Shown: positions 56,320 through 64,000 of the stretch, in pieces
Position numbering within the stretch: position 1 is the stretch's first letter
Layout of the letters: each line of letters starts with the position of its first letter
NCBI GenBank assembly: GCA_039795775.1
Contig: JBDKLC010000005.1
Location: 312,638-376,637, forward strand
DNA length: 64,000 bases
Reading direction: 5' to 3'
Source: Candidatus Parcubacteria bacterium
GTDB lineage: Bacteria > Patescibacteriota > Minisyncoccia > Phycocordibacterales > CAIZLB01
Position numbers and translations under genes: made by a program
The notes under the pieces: model-generated
Told to the model about the DNA's origin: nothing
What the model saw: only the letters and a program-made list of their open reading frames with translations
Database searches by the model: none

Positions 56320-57243
56320 ATGACCCTGCATACGTCTAGATCAGACCATACAAAGCCAAAACTCCTTGTTGTCCTTGGACCTACAGCCGTGGGCAAAAGT
56401 GACTTGGCGGTAGAGCTTGCACTTCGTTTCAATGGCGAGGTTATTTCTGCCGACTCACGACAGGTGTACAAGCAGCTCGATATTGGAACAGGGAAAATCA
56501 CAAAAAAAGAAATGAAAAAAGTGCCTCATCATCTTCTCGATGTTGTATCAGCAAAAAAAGTATTCAGCGTGTCTGATTTTCAAAAAAAAGCGATGAGTGC
56601 GGCGGACGATATCATCAGTCGAGGAAAGCTTCCTATTCTCTGTGGAGGTACTGGGTTTTATATTCAATCACTCGTTGACGGGGTTGTACTTCCCGAAGTA
56701 CCACCAAATGAAGCCCTCCGAAAGAAACTCTCAAAAAAATCTGCAGAAAAGCTCTATGACATGCTTCTCAAAATAGACCAAGAACGAGCAGCAGATATCG
56801 ATAAACATAACCCAGTTCGTCTTATACGAGCCATAGAGATAGCAAAAGCGCTCGGACGAGTCCCTAAGGCGGTATACAATTCCCCTTTCTCTACGCTTCA
56901 AATTGGGCTTGATATATCAGATGAACTATTGAAGGCCAAAATTCACAAACGACTTCTCGCTCGACTCAAAAAAGGCATGCTCAAAGAAGCACAGAACTTG
57001 CATGCTGCTGGTCTCTCATGGAAACGTATGGAAATGCTCGGACTCGAATACAGATATATGGCGCTCTTTTTGCAAAAAAAGATTTCCAAACAAGAAATGA
57101 TAGAGCGACTGACGTTTGATATTTGGCATTATGCAAAACGACAGCGAACATGGTTCAAAAGAGATGCTCGCATCAAATGGTTTTCTCCTACACCAAAAGA
57201 CCTTAAAAAGATATCAAAAGAAGTTAAAGATTTTCTGAAATAA
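56320..57243 (+). CDS. miaA: tRNA dimethylallyltransferase
   Basis: P-loop GPTAVGKS and DSRQVYKQLDIGTGK motif. Confidence 0.9.
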   Translation: MTLHTSRSDHTKPKLLVVLGPTAVGKSDLAVELALRFNGEVISADSRQVYKQLDIGTGKITKKEMKKVPHHLLDVVSAKKVFSVSDFQKKAMSAADDIISRGKLPILCGGTGFYIQSLVDGVVLPEVPPNEALRKKLSKKSAEKLYDMLLKIDQERAADIDKHNPVRLIRAIEIAKALGRVPKAVYNSPFSTLQIGLDISDELLKAKIHKRLLARLKKGMLKEAQNLHAAGLSWKRMEMLGLEYRYMALFLQKKISKQEMIERLTFDIWHYAKRQRTWFKRDARIKWFSPTPKDLKKISKEVKDFLK

Positions 57244-57256
57244 AACTGATATCATA

Positions 57257-58132
57257 GTGACTATGGAACAACCACATAGTACTCACAAAATATCATTAAA
57301 AATGTCTGCCGCCCTACTGCTCATTACAGGAGCTGTATTCTTATTTATAGGTACGAGAGATACATATTCACTCCGTGAAGACGATGTTTTTTCTACAACT
57401 ACACCCGCTGATACAGTTGTCGCTACATCTTCTGCTACCACAACTCTCGCAGATGCAAGAACAAGTACACATGTATATCCAAAAACTATTGAGTATCCTT
57501 TTGAAACGTTTACAAAAAAGCTCACTTTTCCTCAACTTCGAAATATTCCTCTTAAGTCAGTTGAGACAGCAATTTTAGAAGAAATTGATATACCTGCCGT
57601 TACACATTCTGAAATAAACGATATACAGTCAGAAGAACACGGTATTGTAGAGATGGATTACAGTGTGAACTATGACAAGAACAACATACTGAGTCTTTCG
57701 ATTGGCGTAGATACTATGGGCGCGTATCCAGACTACTTTACTTCAAATTTCAACTTCGATGTACGAACTGGTAAACAGATCAAGCTTGAAGATATCATTG
57801 CTCCAAGAAAGATTGATGCTCTCATTTCCCTTCTCAACACAAAGCTTGCAGCAAATGTTGAAGATGCCTACAAATTTGCACGAGTGAACAATCCTGATAA
57901 CAGAGAGGGTGAATGTACTGTAGATACTATCAAGGAACAGCTCCCTGATTCTGTGAAGTTTGATAAAAATGCTATTGATATGAGTATTACATCAGAAGGA
58001 ATCGCGTTCTATTTTGAATATGGATTCGCTCATGTAGTACGAGCATGTCAGCCTGAGCAAGTTGCACGTATGACATACAAAGAGTTGAAAGAATATTTGA
58101 AAGCAGATGGGTTGCTTGGTGCTGAACTTTAA
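57257..58132 (+). CDS. Membrane-anchored DUF3298/DUF4163 (RsiV-like) domain protein
   Basis: N-terminal TM helix. Extracytoplasmic region with a GAYPDYFTSNFNFDVRTGKQIKLEDI motif resembling the DUF3298 family. Confidence 0.5.
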   Translation: MTMEQPHSTHKISLKMSAALLLITGAVFLFIGTRDTYSLREDDVFSTTTPADTVVATSSATTTLADARTSTHVYPKTIEYPFETFTKKLTFPQLRNIPLKSVETAILEEIDIPAVTHSEINDIQSEEHGIVEMDYSVNYDKNNILSLSIGVDTMGAYPDYFTSNFNFDVRTGKQIKLEDIIAPRKIDALISLLNTKLAANVEDAYKFARVNNPDNREGECTVDTIKEQLPDSVKFDKNAIDMSITSEGIAFYFEYGFAHVVRACQPEQVARMTYKELKEYLKADGLLGAEL

Positions 58133-58150
58133 TTTACATCCAGCGACAGA

Positions 58151-58777
58151 TTAAATATAGTTCTCTTTAACATCATACAGACCCACTCTTGTTGTTTCTA
58201 TACATTCACACCCTCGCAGTATAGCTGCTGCTATTCGATGTGAATCACCTCCTCCATTAGAAAAATATACTTTACCATCAGGCTGTCGATACATATTCAC
58301 TCGAGTCACTCTTGGTATATCGGTAGATAAACCAGCGTAGTGTTTAATAGCATCAACACTTTTTGAACCTTCACTTATACCGAATTCTGAAACCCACACT
58401 TTGCCAACATTTTCACCGCGGCCTCTCCAATCTTTAAATCCTGCGGCATGAACAACAAGATCAAGTGGTATCTGAATACATTCTTCCCCAGCTGAAATAT
58501 CTATTTCTCCAAGACTCACTTTTTCTTCATATGGAATATCATTTGTATCAAAGAAAAACTTTTCTCCTAGATACTGATCAACTTCTTCTGGCGTTACATA
58601 TTGCCATGACTTTTTTGTATTTTGTGAATAGTCTTTAAATGGTGCTTTTGAGCGGTCCACTGGAGACACCGCTGGAGCGTGTGCAATAAAATCTTTAAAC
58701 TCTCTCAATCGATCTTCTTTTTTTTGTTCAAATGATGTGTCGCTTGTATCAGGTTGTAGGTGTGGTGATTCTTGCAT
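58151..58777 (-). CDS. Hypothetical protein with ParB/sulfiredoxin-like GxxHR(I)AAA motif
   Basis: C-terminal SNGGGDSHRIAAAIL resembles the ParB/Srx-fold DGHHR.AA signature. Confidence 0.4.
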   Translation of the reverse strand: MQESPHLQPDTSDTSFEQKKEDRLREFKDFIAHAPAVSPVDRSKAPFKDYSQNTKKSWQYVTPEEVDQYLGEKFFFDTNDIPYEEKVSLGEIDISAGEECIQIPLDLVVHAAGFKDWRGRGENVGKVWVSEFGISEGSKSVDAIKHYAGLSTDIPRVTRVNMYRQPDGKVYFSNGGGDSHRIAAAILRGCECIETTRVGLYDVKENYI

Positions 58778-58815
58778 TTTATTTGGCGATATTTTTGTTT
58801 ATTTAGTAAGAAAAA

Positions 58816-59430
58816 CTAAGCATTTACACCGAAATCTTTAAGACGTTCAGTTAAAGAGCTTACATCTGTATATACATGACCCTGAATGCCCAACCTCTCT
58901 GCGGCTTCGACATTTAGAACATTATCATCAATAAAAATAGATTCTGATGGTTCCCCATTGATCTTTTGCAAAGTGTGTAAGTATATCTCAGACTCTGGTT
59001 TTACCATTTTTATATGGCTTGAAATAATTATGTGGTCAAATAAATTTTTGAACTCAGGAAAATCTACAAATATTTTTCTATCAAAAAAGCTATGGTTTGC
59101 ATTCGATAGCAGCACTATCTGATATCCGCTAGCGCGTAATTTGCTTATTAAATCAATCAACTCATTATTTAATTTCAAATACGAATCAGCCTGACTTCTT
59201 ATTTCCTGTTTAGTGGCCGTTATGCCTTCATACTTTGAGAAGCGATCAAATATATCATCCTCCGATAACTCACCGAGGTCGAATCGTTTGAGAATATCCT
59301 GAAGCTCAGAATCGACAAAGCCGCGATTTAGATAATTATCCTTGTACCACAAACTCAGCACTGGATCGATAAGTACACCAAAACAATCGAATATTATAGT
59401 TTTAATATTTTTATTAGCAGTAATCATCAT
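58816..59430 (-). CDS. HAD-superfamily hydrolase
   Basis: Motif I (IIFDCFGVL) and a C-terminal motif III/IV (IFIDDNVLNVEAA). Confidence 0.8.
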   Translation of the reverse strand: MMITANKNIKTIIFDCFGVLIDPVLSLWYKDNYLNRGFVDSELQDILKRFDLGELSEDDIFDRFSKYEGITATKQEIRSQADSYLKLNNELIDLISKLRASGYQIVLLSNANHSFFDRKIFVDFPEFKNLFDHIIISSHIKMVKPESEIYLHTLQKINGEPSESIFIDDNVLNVEAAERLGIQGHVYTDVSSLTERLKDFGVNA

Positions 59431-59500
59431 GTATATGTGTCGTGAATCTGAATGGGATATCGCGCTTCGCCGTTTAATTTATGTAATTAATCGTATCACA

Positions 59501-59540
59501 GAAGCCGGCTCACTGCGCGACTGCGTCCGGCTTTCTCGTC
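59501..59540. repeat. Partial (3' module) copy of the tRNA-associated GC-rich element
   Basis: CGACTGCGTCCGGCTTTCTCGTC matches the element 3' module CGACTGCAGTCCGGCTTTCTCATC and is preceded by a hairpin. It holds the same position relative to the terminator and tRNA-Trp as the other two copies. Confidence 0.5.
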
Positions 59541-59556
59541 CATCGTATAGAACCGT

Positions 59557-59596
59557 CAATATAAAAGACCGCAGTGATAAGCGGTCTTTTATATTG
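59557..59596. terminator. Bidirectional intrinsic terminator / 40-bp palindrome downstream of tRNA-Trp
   Basis: CAATATAAAAGACCGC-AGTGATAA-GCGGTCTTTTATATTG. Confidence 0.7.
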
Positions 59597-59599
59597 ATG

Positions 59600-59671
59600 C
59601 GGGCCCACCAGGACTCGAACCTGGAACTGCGGTTTTGGAGACCGTCGTTTTACCATTGAAACTATAAGCCC
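59600..59671 (-). tRNA. tRNA-Trp (anticodon CCA)
   Basis: Manual fold: acceptor GGGCTTA/TGGGCCC (two G:U pairs), D arm GTTT...AAAC, anticodon loop CTCCAAA, T arm CCAGG-TTCGAGT-CCTGG. 72 nt. Confidence 0.85.
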
Positions 59672-59770
59672 ATATTGTTGCGAATCGTCGAGACTGGCCA
59701 CCGAAGACGACTCAACCAGGCCAGTATACACTATTTTTGGCCATTTTGAAGCGTCACTTCCCGAGCAAAA

Positions 59771-59796
59771 GAAAAACCCCAGATGGGGCTTTTTCT
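59771..59796 (-). terminator. Intrinsic terminator of rpmG
   Basis: On the minus strand, AAAAAGCCCCATCTGGGGTTTTTCTTTT. Confidence 0.65.
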
Positions 59797-59949
59797 TTAT
59801 TTCTTAGCTTCTGTGAAAACTACTCGCTTTCGAAGCTTCTTACTGTATTTCTTGAGAGCAATCTTAGGATTTTTCTTCTTATTCTTAGTAGTATAAAGCT
59901 CCTCTCCTGTCTGCTTGTTTCTCAATTTGATTAATCGGTCTTGTGACAT
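59797..59949 (-). CDS. rpmG: 50S ribosomal protein L33
   Basis: A 50-aa ORF below the track threshold. MSQDRLIKLRNKQTGEELYTTKNKKKNPKIALKKYSKKLRKRVVFTEAKK fits the L33 pattern (YTT.KNK...KL.LKK...R.H/R..F.E.K). Classic tRNA-Tyr/rpmG/tRNA-Trp neighbourhood. Confidence 0.8.
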   Translation of the reverse strand: MSQDRLIKLRNKQTGEELYTTKNKKKNPKIALKKYSKKLRKRVVFTEAKK

Positions 59950-59960
59950 ATGTGGTTAAG

Positions 59961-59988
59961 ATAATAACAGATATTGAAGAAAAAGCAA
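59961..59988 (-). promoter_or_regulatory. Promoter of rpmG (TTGCTT-16-TGnTATTAT extended -10)
   Basis: The minus strand reads TTGCTTTGCTTTTTCTTCAATATCTGTTATTAT. The start codon is 11 nt downstream of the -10. Confidence 0.55.
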
Positions 59989-60008
59989 AGCAAACGCCCA
60001 AATATTGG

Positions 60009-60109
60009 GGATTCGGTCACAGGTCTCGCCGACATGCGGCTCGCCCGCGACCCCGCCTCCTTTGTCGCCATCGCAAGCGATATGGCGACTGCAGTCCGGC
60101 TTTCTCATC
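60009..60109. repeat. GC-rich ~100-nt tRNA-associated structured element, copy 2
   Basis: Identical to copy 1 over GGATTCGGTCACAGGTCTCGCCGACATGCGGCTCGCCCGCGACCCCGCCTCC and over CAGTCCGGCTTTCTCATC. The central hairpin has a different sequence (GTCGCCAT...ATGGCGAC) but the same geometry. Confidence 0.6.
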
Positions 60110-60127
60110 TACCCCATCATTGGAAAT

Positions 60128-60159
60128 AAAAAATACCCCTCAAATGAGGGGTATTTTTT
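60128..60159. terminator. Bidirectional intrinsic terminator between element copy 2 and tRNA-Tyr
   Basis: AAAAAATACCCCTC-AAAT-GAGGGGTATTTTTT. Confidence 0.75.
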
Positions 60160-60166
60160 ATTTCTG

Positions 60167-60250
60167 TGCGTGGGGAGGGATTCGAACCCCCGTAGCCCAA
60201 TGGGCGATAGATTTACAGTCTACTGCGATTGACCACTCCGCCACCCACGC
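60167..60250 (-). tRNA. tRNA-Tyr (anticodon GTA), long variable arm
   Basis: Manual fold: acceptor GCGTGGG/CCCACGC, D arm GCGG..TCGC, anticodon stem GTAGA/TCTAT with loop CTGTAAA, long variable arm, T arm GGGGG-TTCGAAT-CCCTC. Confidence 0.85.
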
Positions 60251-60357
60251 AAGTCATATTGGTCTGCGATACACCGCTATAAATAGTGATGTATCGCAAA
60301 AGGATTCTAACAGACTAAAGCCTTTAAATCAATATGACTCTGGGCGAGCAACCATCG

Positions 60358-63075
60358 CTATGCGACGTTTGTTGGAGTTGCAATCATGCTTTCTTTGATG
60401 AGTGCACCTTTTTTACCCTTCTTTACTTCGAAACTAAATTCTGGAGCTTCTGATGCTGTCTTTGGATGACCCTTTGTACCTACAGTGATAGTGCCTCCCT
60501 TCATTACCCCTTCTGAAATAATGAGAGATGCAACTGGAGTGAGGATCTTATTTTGAATAAGTCTTTTTAATGGTCGAGCACCGTACTGTGGGTTGTAGCC
60601 TTCTTTTGAAAGATAATCGAGAACCTCAGGTTTGAGATCGAGAATAATTTCTTTTTCGAGAAGTCGTTCTTTCACCTTTGATACTTCTATCTCTACAATC
60701 TTCTTGATTGATTCCTGACTCAAGATATCGAAGAGAACAATTTCGTCGAGTCGGTTGATGAATTCTGGTCGGAAATGATCCTTAAGAGCAGACATCACTT
60801 TGTCTTTCACTTCTACGTAGTTTGACTGGTCACTCTTTGCAGATGAGAAGCCAATCTTTTGCATTCGATCAATATACTGAGCACCAATGTTTGATGTCAT
60901 GATAATGATTGTATTTTTGAAGTTCACAGTTCGTCCTTTTGAGTCAGTGAGTCGACCATTGTCGAGCACCTGAAGAAGAATGTTGAAGATTTCAGGATGA
61001 GCTTTTTCAATTTCATCAAACAAAATCACTGAGTATGGTCGGTGTCGGATTGTATCTACAAGTGTACTGTTTTCGTCGTGGCCAACATAGCCTGGTGGCG
61101 CACCAATAATCTTTGATACAGCATGTTTTTCCATGAATTCAGACATATCCACTCGGATAAGTGCCTTTTCATCATCAAACATAAATTTAGCGAGAGACTT
61201 TGTGAGTTCTGTTTTACCTACACCAGTTGGACCGAGGAAAATAAATGAACCAATCGGTCGATGAGGGTCGTTGATACCAGCTCGTGATCGCTTGATTGTG
61301 TCTGCAACCTTTTGCACGGCTTCGTTCTGCCCCACTACAGACTTTGTAAGTTCTTCTTCGAGTCGGTTGAGCTTTCGAGCTTCTTCTTCGAGCATTCGTG
61401 ATACTGGAATACCTGTCCATCGAGAAACAACGTCTGCAATTTCGTGTTCTGTGATTTCTTCTTTGAGAATTCGTCGAGAACTCTGAAGCTTTTTGAGTCG
61501 TTTTGTTTTTGTTTCGAGATCTTTTTCGAGGCCAGGAATCTTTCCATATCGAATTTCAGCAGCTTTAGAGAGGTCTGCGTGAGCTTCAGCTCGTTCTGCT
61601 TCTTGTCGAAGTGTTTCAAGACTCTTTTTGATAGCCTTAATATCACTCAATGTTTCTTTTTCATTAATCCATTTAGCTTCTACTTCTGAAGTCTTGTCTT
61701 TGAGGTCAGCAATTTCACTTTCGATGTCCTTGATTCGAAGTTTTGTATCTTTTTCTTTTGAAACTTCGTGTTCTCGTCTGAGTGCTTCTCGTTCAATTTC
61801 GAGTCGCATGATCTTTCGGTGAGCATCTTCGAGTACAGGAGGTTTGTTTTCGAGAGAAATCTTGAGACTTGAGGCAGCTTCATCGATGAGGTCTACAGCT
61901 TTGTCTGGGAGGAATCGATCACTGATGTATCGTGTAGAAAGTTGTACAGATGAAATGAGAGCATCATCTGTAATTCGTACGCCGTGATAGAGCTCATATT
62001 TTTCTTTGAGCCCTCGCATGATAGCAATGGCGTCTTCTATAGATGGCTCATTTACGTACACAGGCTGGAATCGTCGCTGGAGAGCTGGATCCTTTTCGAT
62101 ATGCTTCTGGTATTCCTTGAGTGTTGTAGCTCCAATAGCTCGCAATTCGCCTCGAGCGAGAGCTGGTTTGAGCATGTTTGAAGCATCAAGAGAGCCTTCT
62201 GCTGCTCCTGCTCCTACAATTGTATGAATTTCATCGATGAATAAGATGATCTTACCATCTGACTTCTCAATTTCTTTTAAAATATTCTTCAAACGTTCTT
62301 CAAATTCTCCTCGGTACTTTGTACCAGCAACGAGAATTCCAAGATCAAGAGAAACAAGCTCCTTATCTTTCAAAGATTCAGGAACATCTCCCATAGCAAT
62401 TCTGTTTGCGAGACCTTCTGCAATAGCTGTCTTACCTACTCCGGCTTCACCAATGAGGATTGGATTGTTTTTTGTTCGTCGAGAAAGAATCTGAATCACT
62501 CGGCCAATTTCTGAATCTCGTCCGATCACAGGATCAAGCTTGTGTTCTCGAGCAAGAGATGTGAGGTTTCGAGTGTACTTAATAAGCGCCTTCATCTTTT
62601 TTGGATGAGACGATTCTGTAGGTTTTGAATTTTTGAGAGATTCGAGAGCTGAAATAACTGTCTCTTTTTCAAGTTTGAATTTGTTGAGGAGGTCACGAGC
62701 TGAACTTGCAACATCAAACATTGCGATAAAGATGTGTTCTACAGATACGAATTCATCTTTGAGCTGTGTCGCTACTCTGGCAGAACCTTCGATAATAGAA
62801 GCGAGCTCAGGAGTGAGATAGAGCTGATATGAAGGAGAAATAGTAGAAGAAGCCTCTCCAGTCTCTATAGACTCAAGAATATTGTCTGTCAGAAGCACAG
62901 TATCTACTTCAAGCTTTTCAAGCACTGAAAGCACCAAACTATCTTCTTGCACCATAAGTGCAGTCAAAAGATGTAACGGATTTACATTGTTCTGTCCCCG
63001 TTCGATGGCCAATTCATGGGCTTTTCGAATCGCTTCTTTTGCTTTTGTTGTGAAATGATTGAATGGAGGCATCAT
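60358..63075 (-). CDS. clpB: ClpB-type AAA+ chaperone (two NBDs, long coiled-coil M-domain)
   Basis: Clp_N repeats, Walker [10 protein letters not shown] (NBD1) and GPTGVGKTE (NBD2), and a long coiled-coil between the NBDs typical of ClpB. Confidence 0.85.
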   Translation of the reverse strand: MMPPFNHFTTKAKEAIRKAHELAIERGQNNVNPLHLLTALMVQEDSLVLSVLEKLEVDTVLLTDNILESIETGEASSTISPSYQLYLTPELASIIEGSARVATQLKDEFVSVEHIFIAMFDVASSARDLLNKFKLEKETVISALESLKNSKPTESSHPKKMKALIKYTRNLTSLAREHKLDPVIGRDSEIGRVIQILSRRTKNNPILIGEAGVGKTAIAEGLANRIAMGDVPESLKDKELVSLDLGILVAGTKYRGEFEERLKNILKEIEKSDGKIILFIDEIHTIVGAGAAEGSLDASNMLKPALARGELRAIGATTLKEYQKHIEKDPALQRRFQPVYVNEPSIEDAIAIMRGLKEKYELYHGVRITDDALISSVQLSTRYISDRFLPDKAVDLIDEAASSLKISLENKPPVLEDAHRKIMRLEIEREALRREHEVSKEKDTKLRIKDIESEIADLKDKTSEVEAKWINEKETLSDIKAIKKSLETLRQEAERAEAHADLSKAAEIRYGKIPGLEKDLETKTKRLKKLQSSRRILKEEITEHEIADVVSRWTGIPVSRMLEEEARKLNRLEEELTKSVVGQNEAVQKVADTIKRSRAGINDPHRPIGSFIFLGPTGVGKTELTKSLAKFMFDDEKALIRVDMSEFMEKHAVSKIIGAPPGYVGHDENSTLVDTIRHRPYSVILFDEIEKAHPEIFNILLQVLDNGRLTDSKGRTVNFKNTIIIMTSNIGAQYIDRMQKIGFSSAKSDQSNYVEVKDKVMSALKDHFRPEFINRLDEIVLFDILSQESIKKIVEIEVSKVKERLLEKEIILDLKPEVLDYLSKEGYNPQYGARPLKRLIQNKILTPVASLIISEGVMKGGTITVGTKGHPKTASEAPEFSFEVKKGKKGALIKESMIATPTNVA

Positions 63076-63192
63076 ATATTTAAATGTTTATTGACCAGTA
63101 AGATTATAGCATGCACGTCAAGCTGTCGAGACGTGGACAACTGCTACATAACAAAATTCATATTTTTCAAAATATATGAAAATTGTTGAGAA

Positions 63193-64000
63193 TTATTTGA
63201 TAACTTCTTTAAGTGCGTTGAGTAAGATTGGGAGGTCGGATGTTCGAGTATACCGACCAAGAGTAATTCGGAGAGAACTTTTCGCGCAGTGTGGCTTTCC
63301 AATGGCTTCTATAACATAAGACGATGAATCTTCAGAAAGATTTCGACAACTTGTGACAGACGACACGGCAATTCCACGAACATCGAGTTTCAGGACAAGG
63401 AATTCACCATCGGCCTCAGGAATACAGACATTTATATTGTTTGGCAATCGTTTTTCGAGATCGCCATTAGGTACAACGTGTGGGTGAGCTTTTTGTATCT
63501 CAGAAAGGAGCCAGTCTCGCATCTCTGCTACTCGTGCTGATTCCTGTTCTTTTTCCTTTTCAGAAAGAGACAATGCAAGAGCAAATCCTGTGATTCCTGG
63601 GAGATTTTCTGTACCGGCTCGTCGGTCAGACTCTTGGCTTCCACCAATCATTTGAGATTGTATCTGTACCCCTCGTCGAACAAAGAGCATGCCTGTTCCT
63701 CGTGGACCGTATATTTTTGAGCCATCGAGTGTGAGGAGGTCTACATTGAGAGCTGGAATTCGTAGAGAGCAATATGCAGCAGCCTGACTTGCATCTGTGT
63801 GGAGGTACGGATATCCGTGACTGCCAATTCCCTTTTCTTTCTTGAAAGCTCGAATAGCTTTTGCAGTTTCAGCGATAGGTTGGATTGTTCCAATTTCGTT
63901 GTTGGCATACATCACTGATACTAGGACAGTCTCAGGTCGAAGTGCTTGTTTGATTTCTTTTGGATCCACAATACCGTTTTCCATTACAGGTACCACAGTG
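63193..64000 (-). CDS. Cysteine desulfurase (class V aminotransferase, IscS/NifS-like), N-terminus beyond window
   Basis: The C-terminal half of a fold-type I PLP enzyme, with the catalytic Cys loop context (SSVTSCRNLSEDSSS) and an LRITLGRYT tail. The ORF continues past position 64000. Confidence 0.75.
   Translation of the reverse strand, partial: TVVPVMENGIVDPKEIKQALRPETVLVSVMYANNEIGTIQPIAETAKAIRAFKKEKGIGSHGYPYLHTDASQAAAYCSLRIPALNVDLLTLDGSKIYGPRGTGMLFVRRGVQIQSQMIGGSQESDRRAGTENLPGITGFALALSLSEKEKEQESARVAEMRDWLLSEIQKAHPHVVPNGDLEKRLPNNINVCIPEADGEFLVLKLDVRGIAVSSVTSCRNLSEDSSSYVIEAIGKPHCAKSSLRITLGRYTRTSDLPILLNALKEVIK

Noticed and set aside
59943-60398. 151-aa plus-strand ORF spanning element copy 2 and tRNA-Tyr, with ...HRSRRHAARPRPRL....
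   Set aside because: It reads through a terminator hairpin, the antisense of a tRNA gene, and into clpB. The same GC-rich element gives the similar artefactual ORF 33789..34043 at copy 1 (shared HRSRRHAARPRPRL peptide). This is a repeat-driven artefact, not a protein family.

Overview
This 64 kb window is a gene-dense, moderately AT-rich bacterial chromosome segment. Most genes are housekeeping and almost all run on the minus strand. The style is that of a reduced-genome bacterium, possibly Patescibacteria/CPR-like; that call is an inference from gene content (a sigma-70 region-4-only protein, many DUF-type proteins) and not from any marker.

Recognisable genes:
- DNA repair and recombination: family-4 UDG, uvrA, uvrB and uvrC (all three in the window), a umuD-like/umuC pair, dprA, topA.
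- Translation and tRNA modification: leuS, serS, mnmA, tgt, miaA, rpmG (L33, missed by the ORF track), peptide deformylase, an ABC-F ATPase, YchF.
- Envelope and division: two MltG/YceG paralogs, ddl, a DacA-like carboxypeptidase, FtsQ, DedA, a CAP-domain protein.
- Other: ClpB, G6PD, an ECF sigma with a putative anti-sigma partner, a histidine kinase, ParB.
- Four tRNAs: Ala-TGC, Leu-CAA, Trp-CCA, Tyr-GTA.

The most unusual items, detailed in the findings:
1. A GC-rich ~100-nt structured element found 2.5 times, always just 3' of a minus-strand tRNA gene and its terminator. One copy is bracketed by a 19-nt duplication of the tRNA-Ala 3' end. This looks like a tRNA-targeting mini-insertion or a tRNA-linked ncRNA family.
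2. A complete NUDIX hydrolase domain inserted inside LeuS.
3. A three-gene operon of mnmA, an ATP-cone plus Mrr-like nuclease, and a Cas4-like 4-Cys nuclease.
4. A 27-bp perfect palindromic bidirectional terminator used five times.
5. Several small GC-rich, presumably foreign, islets.
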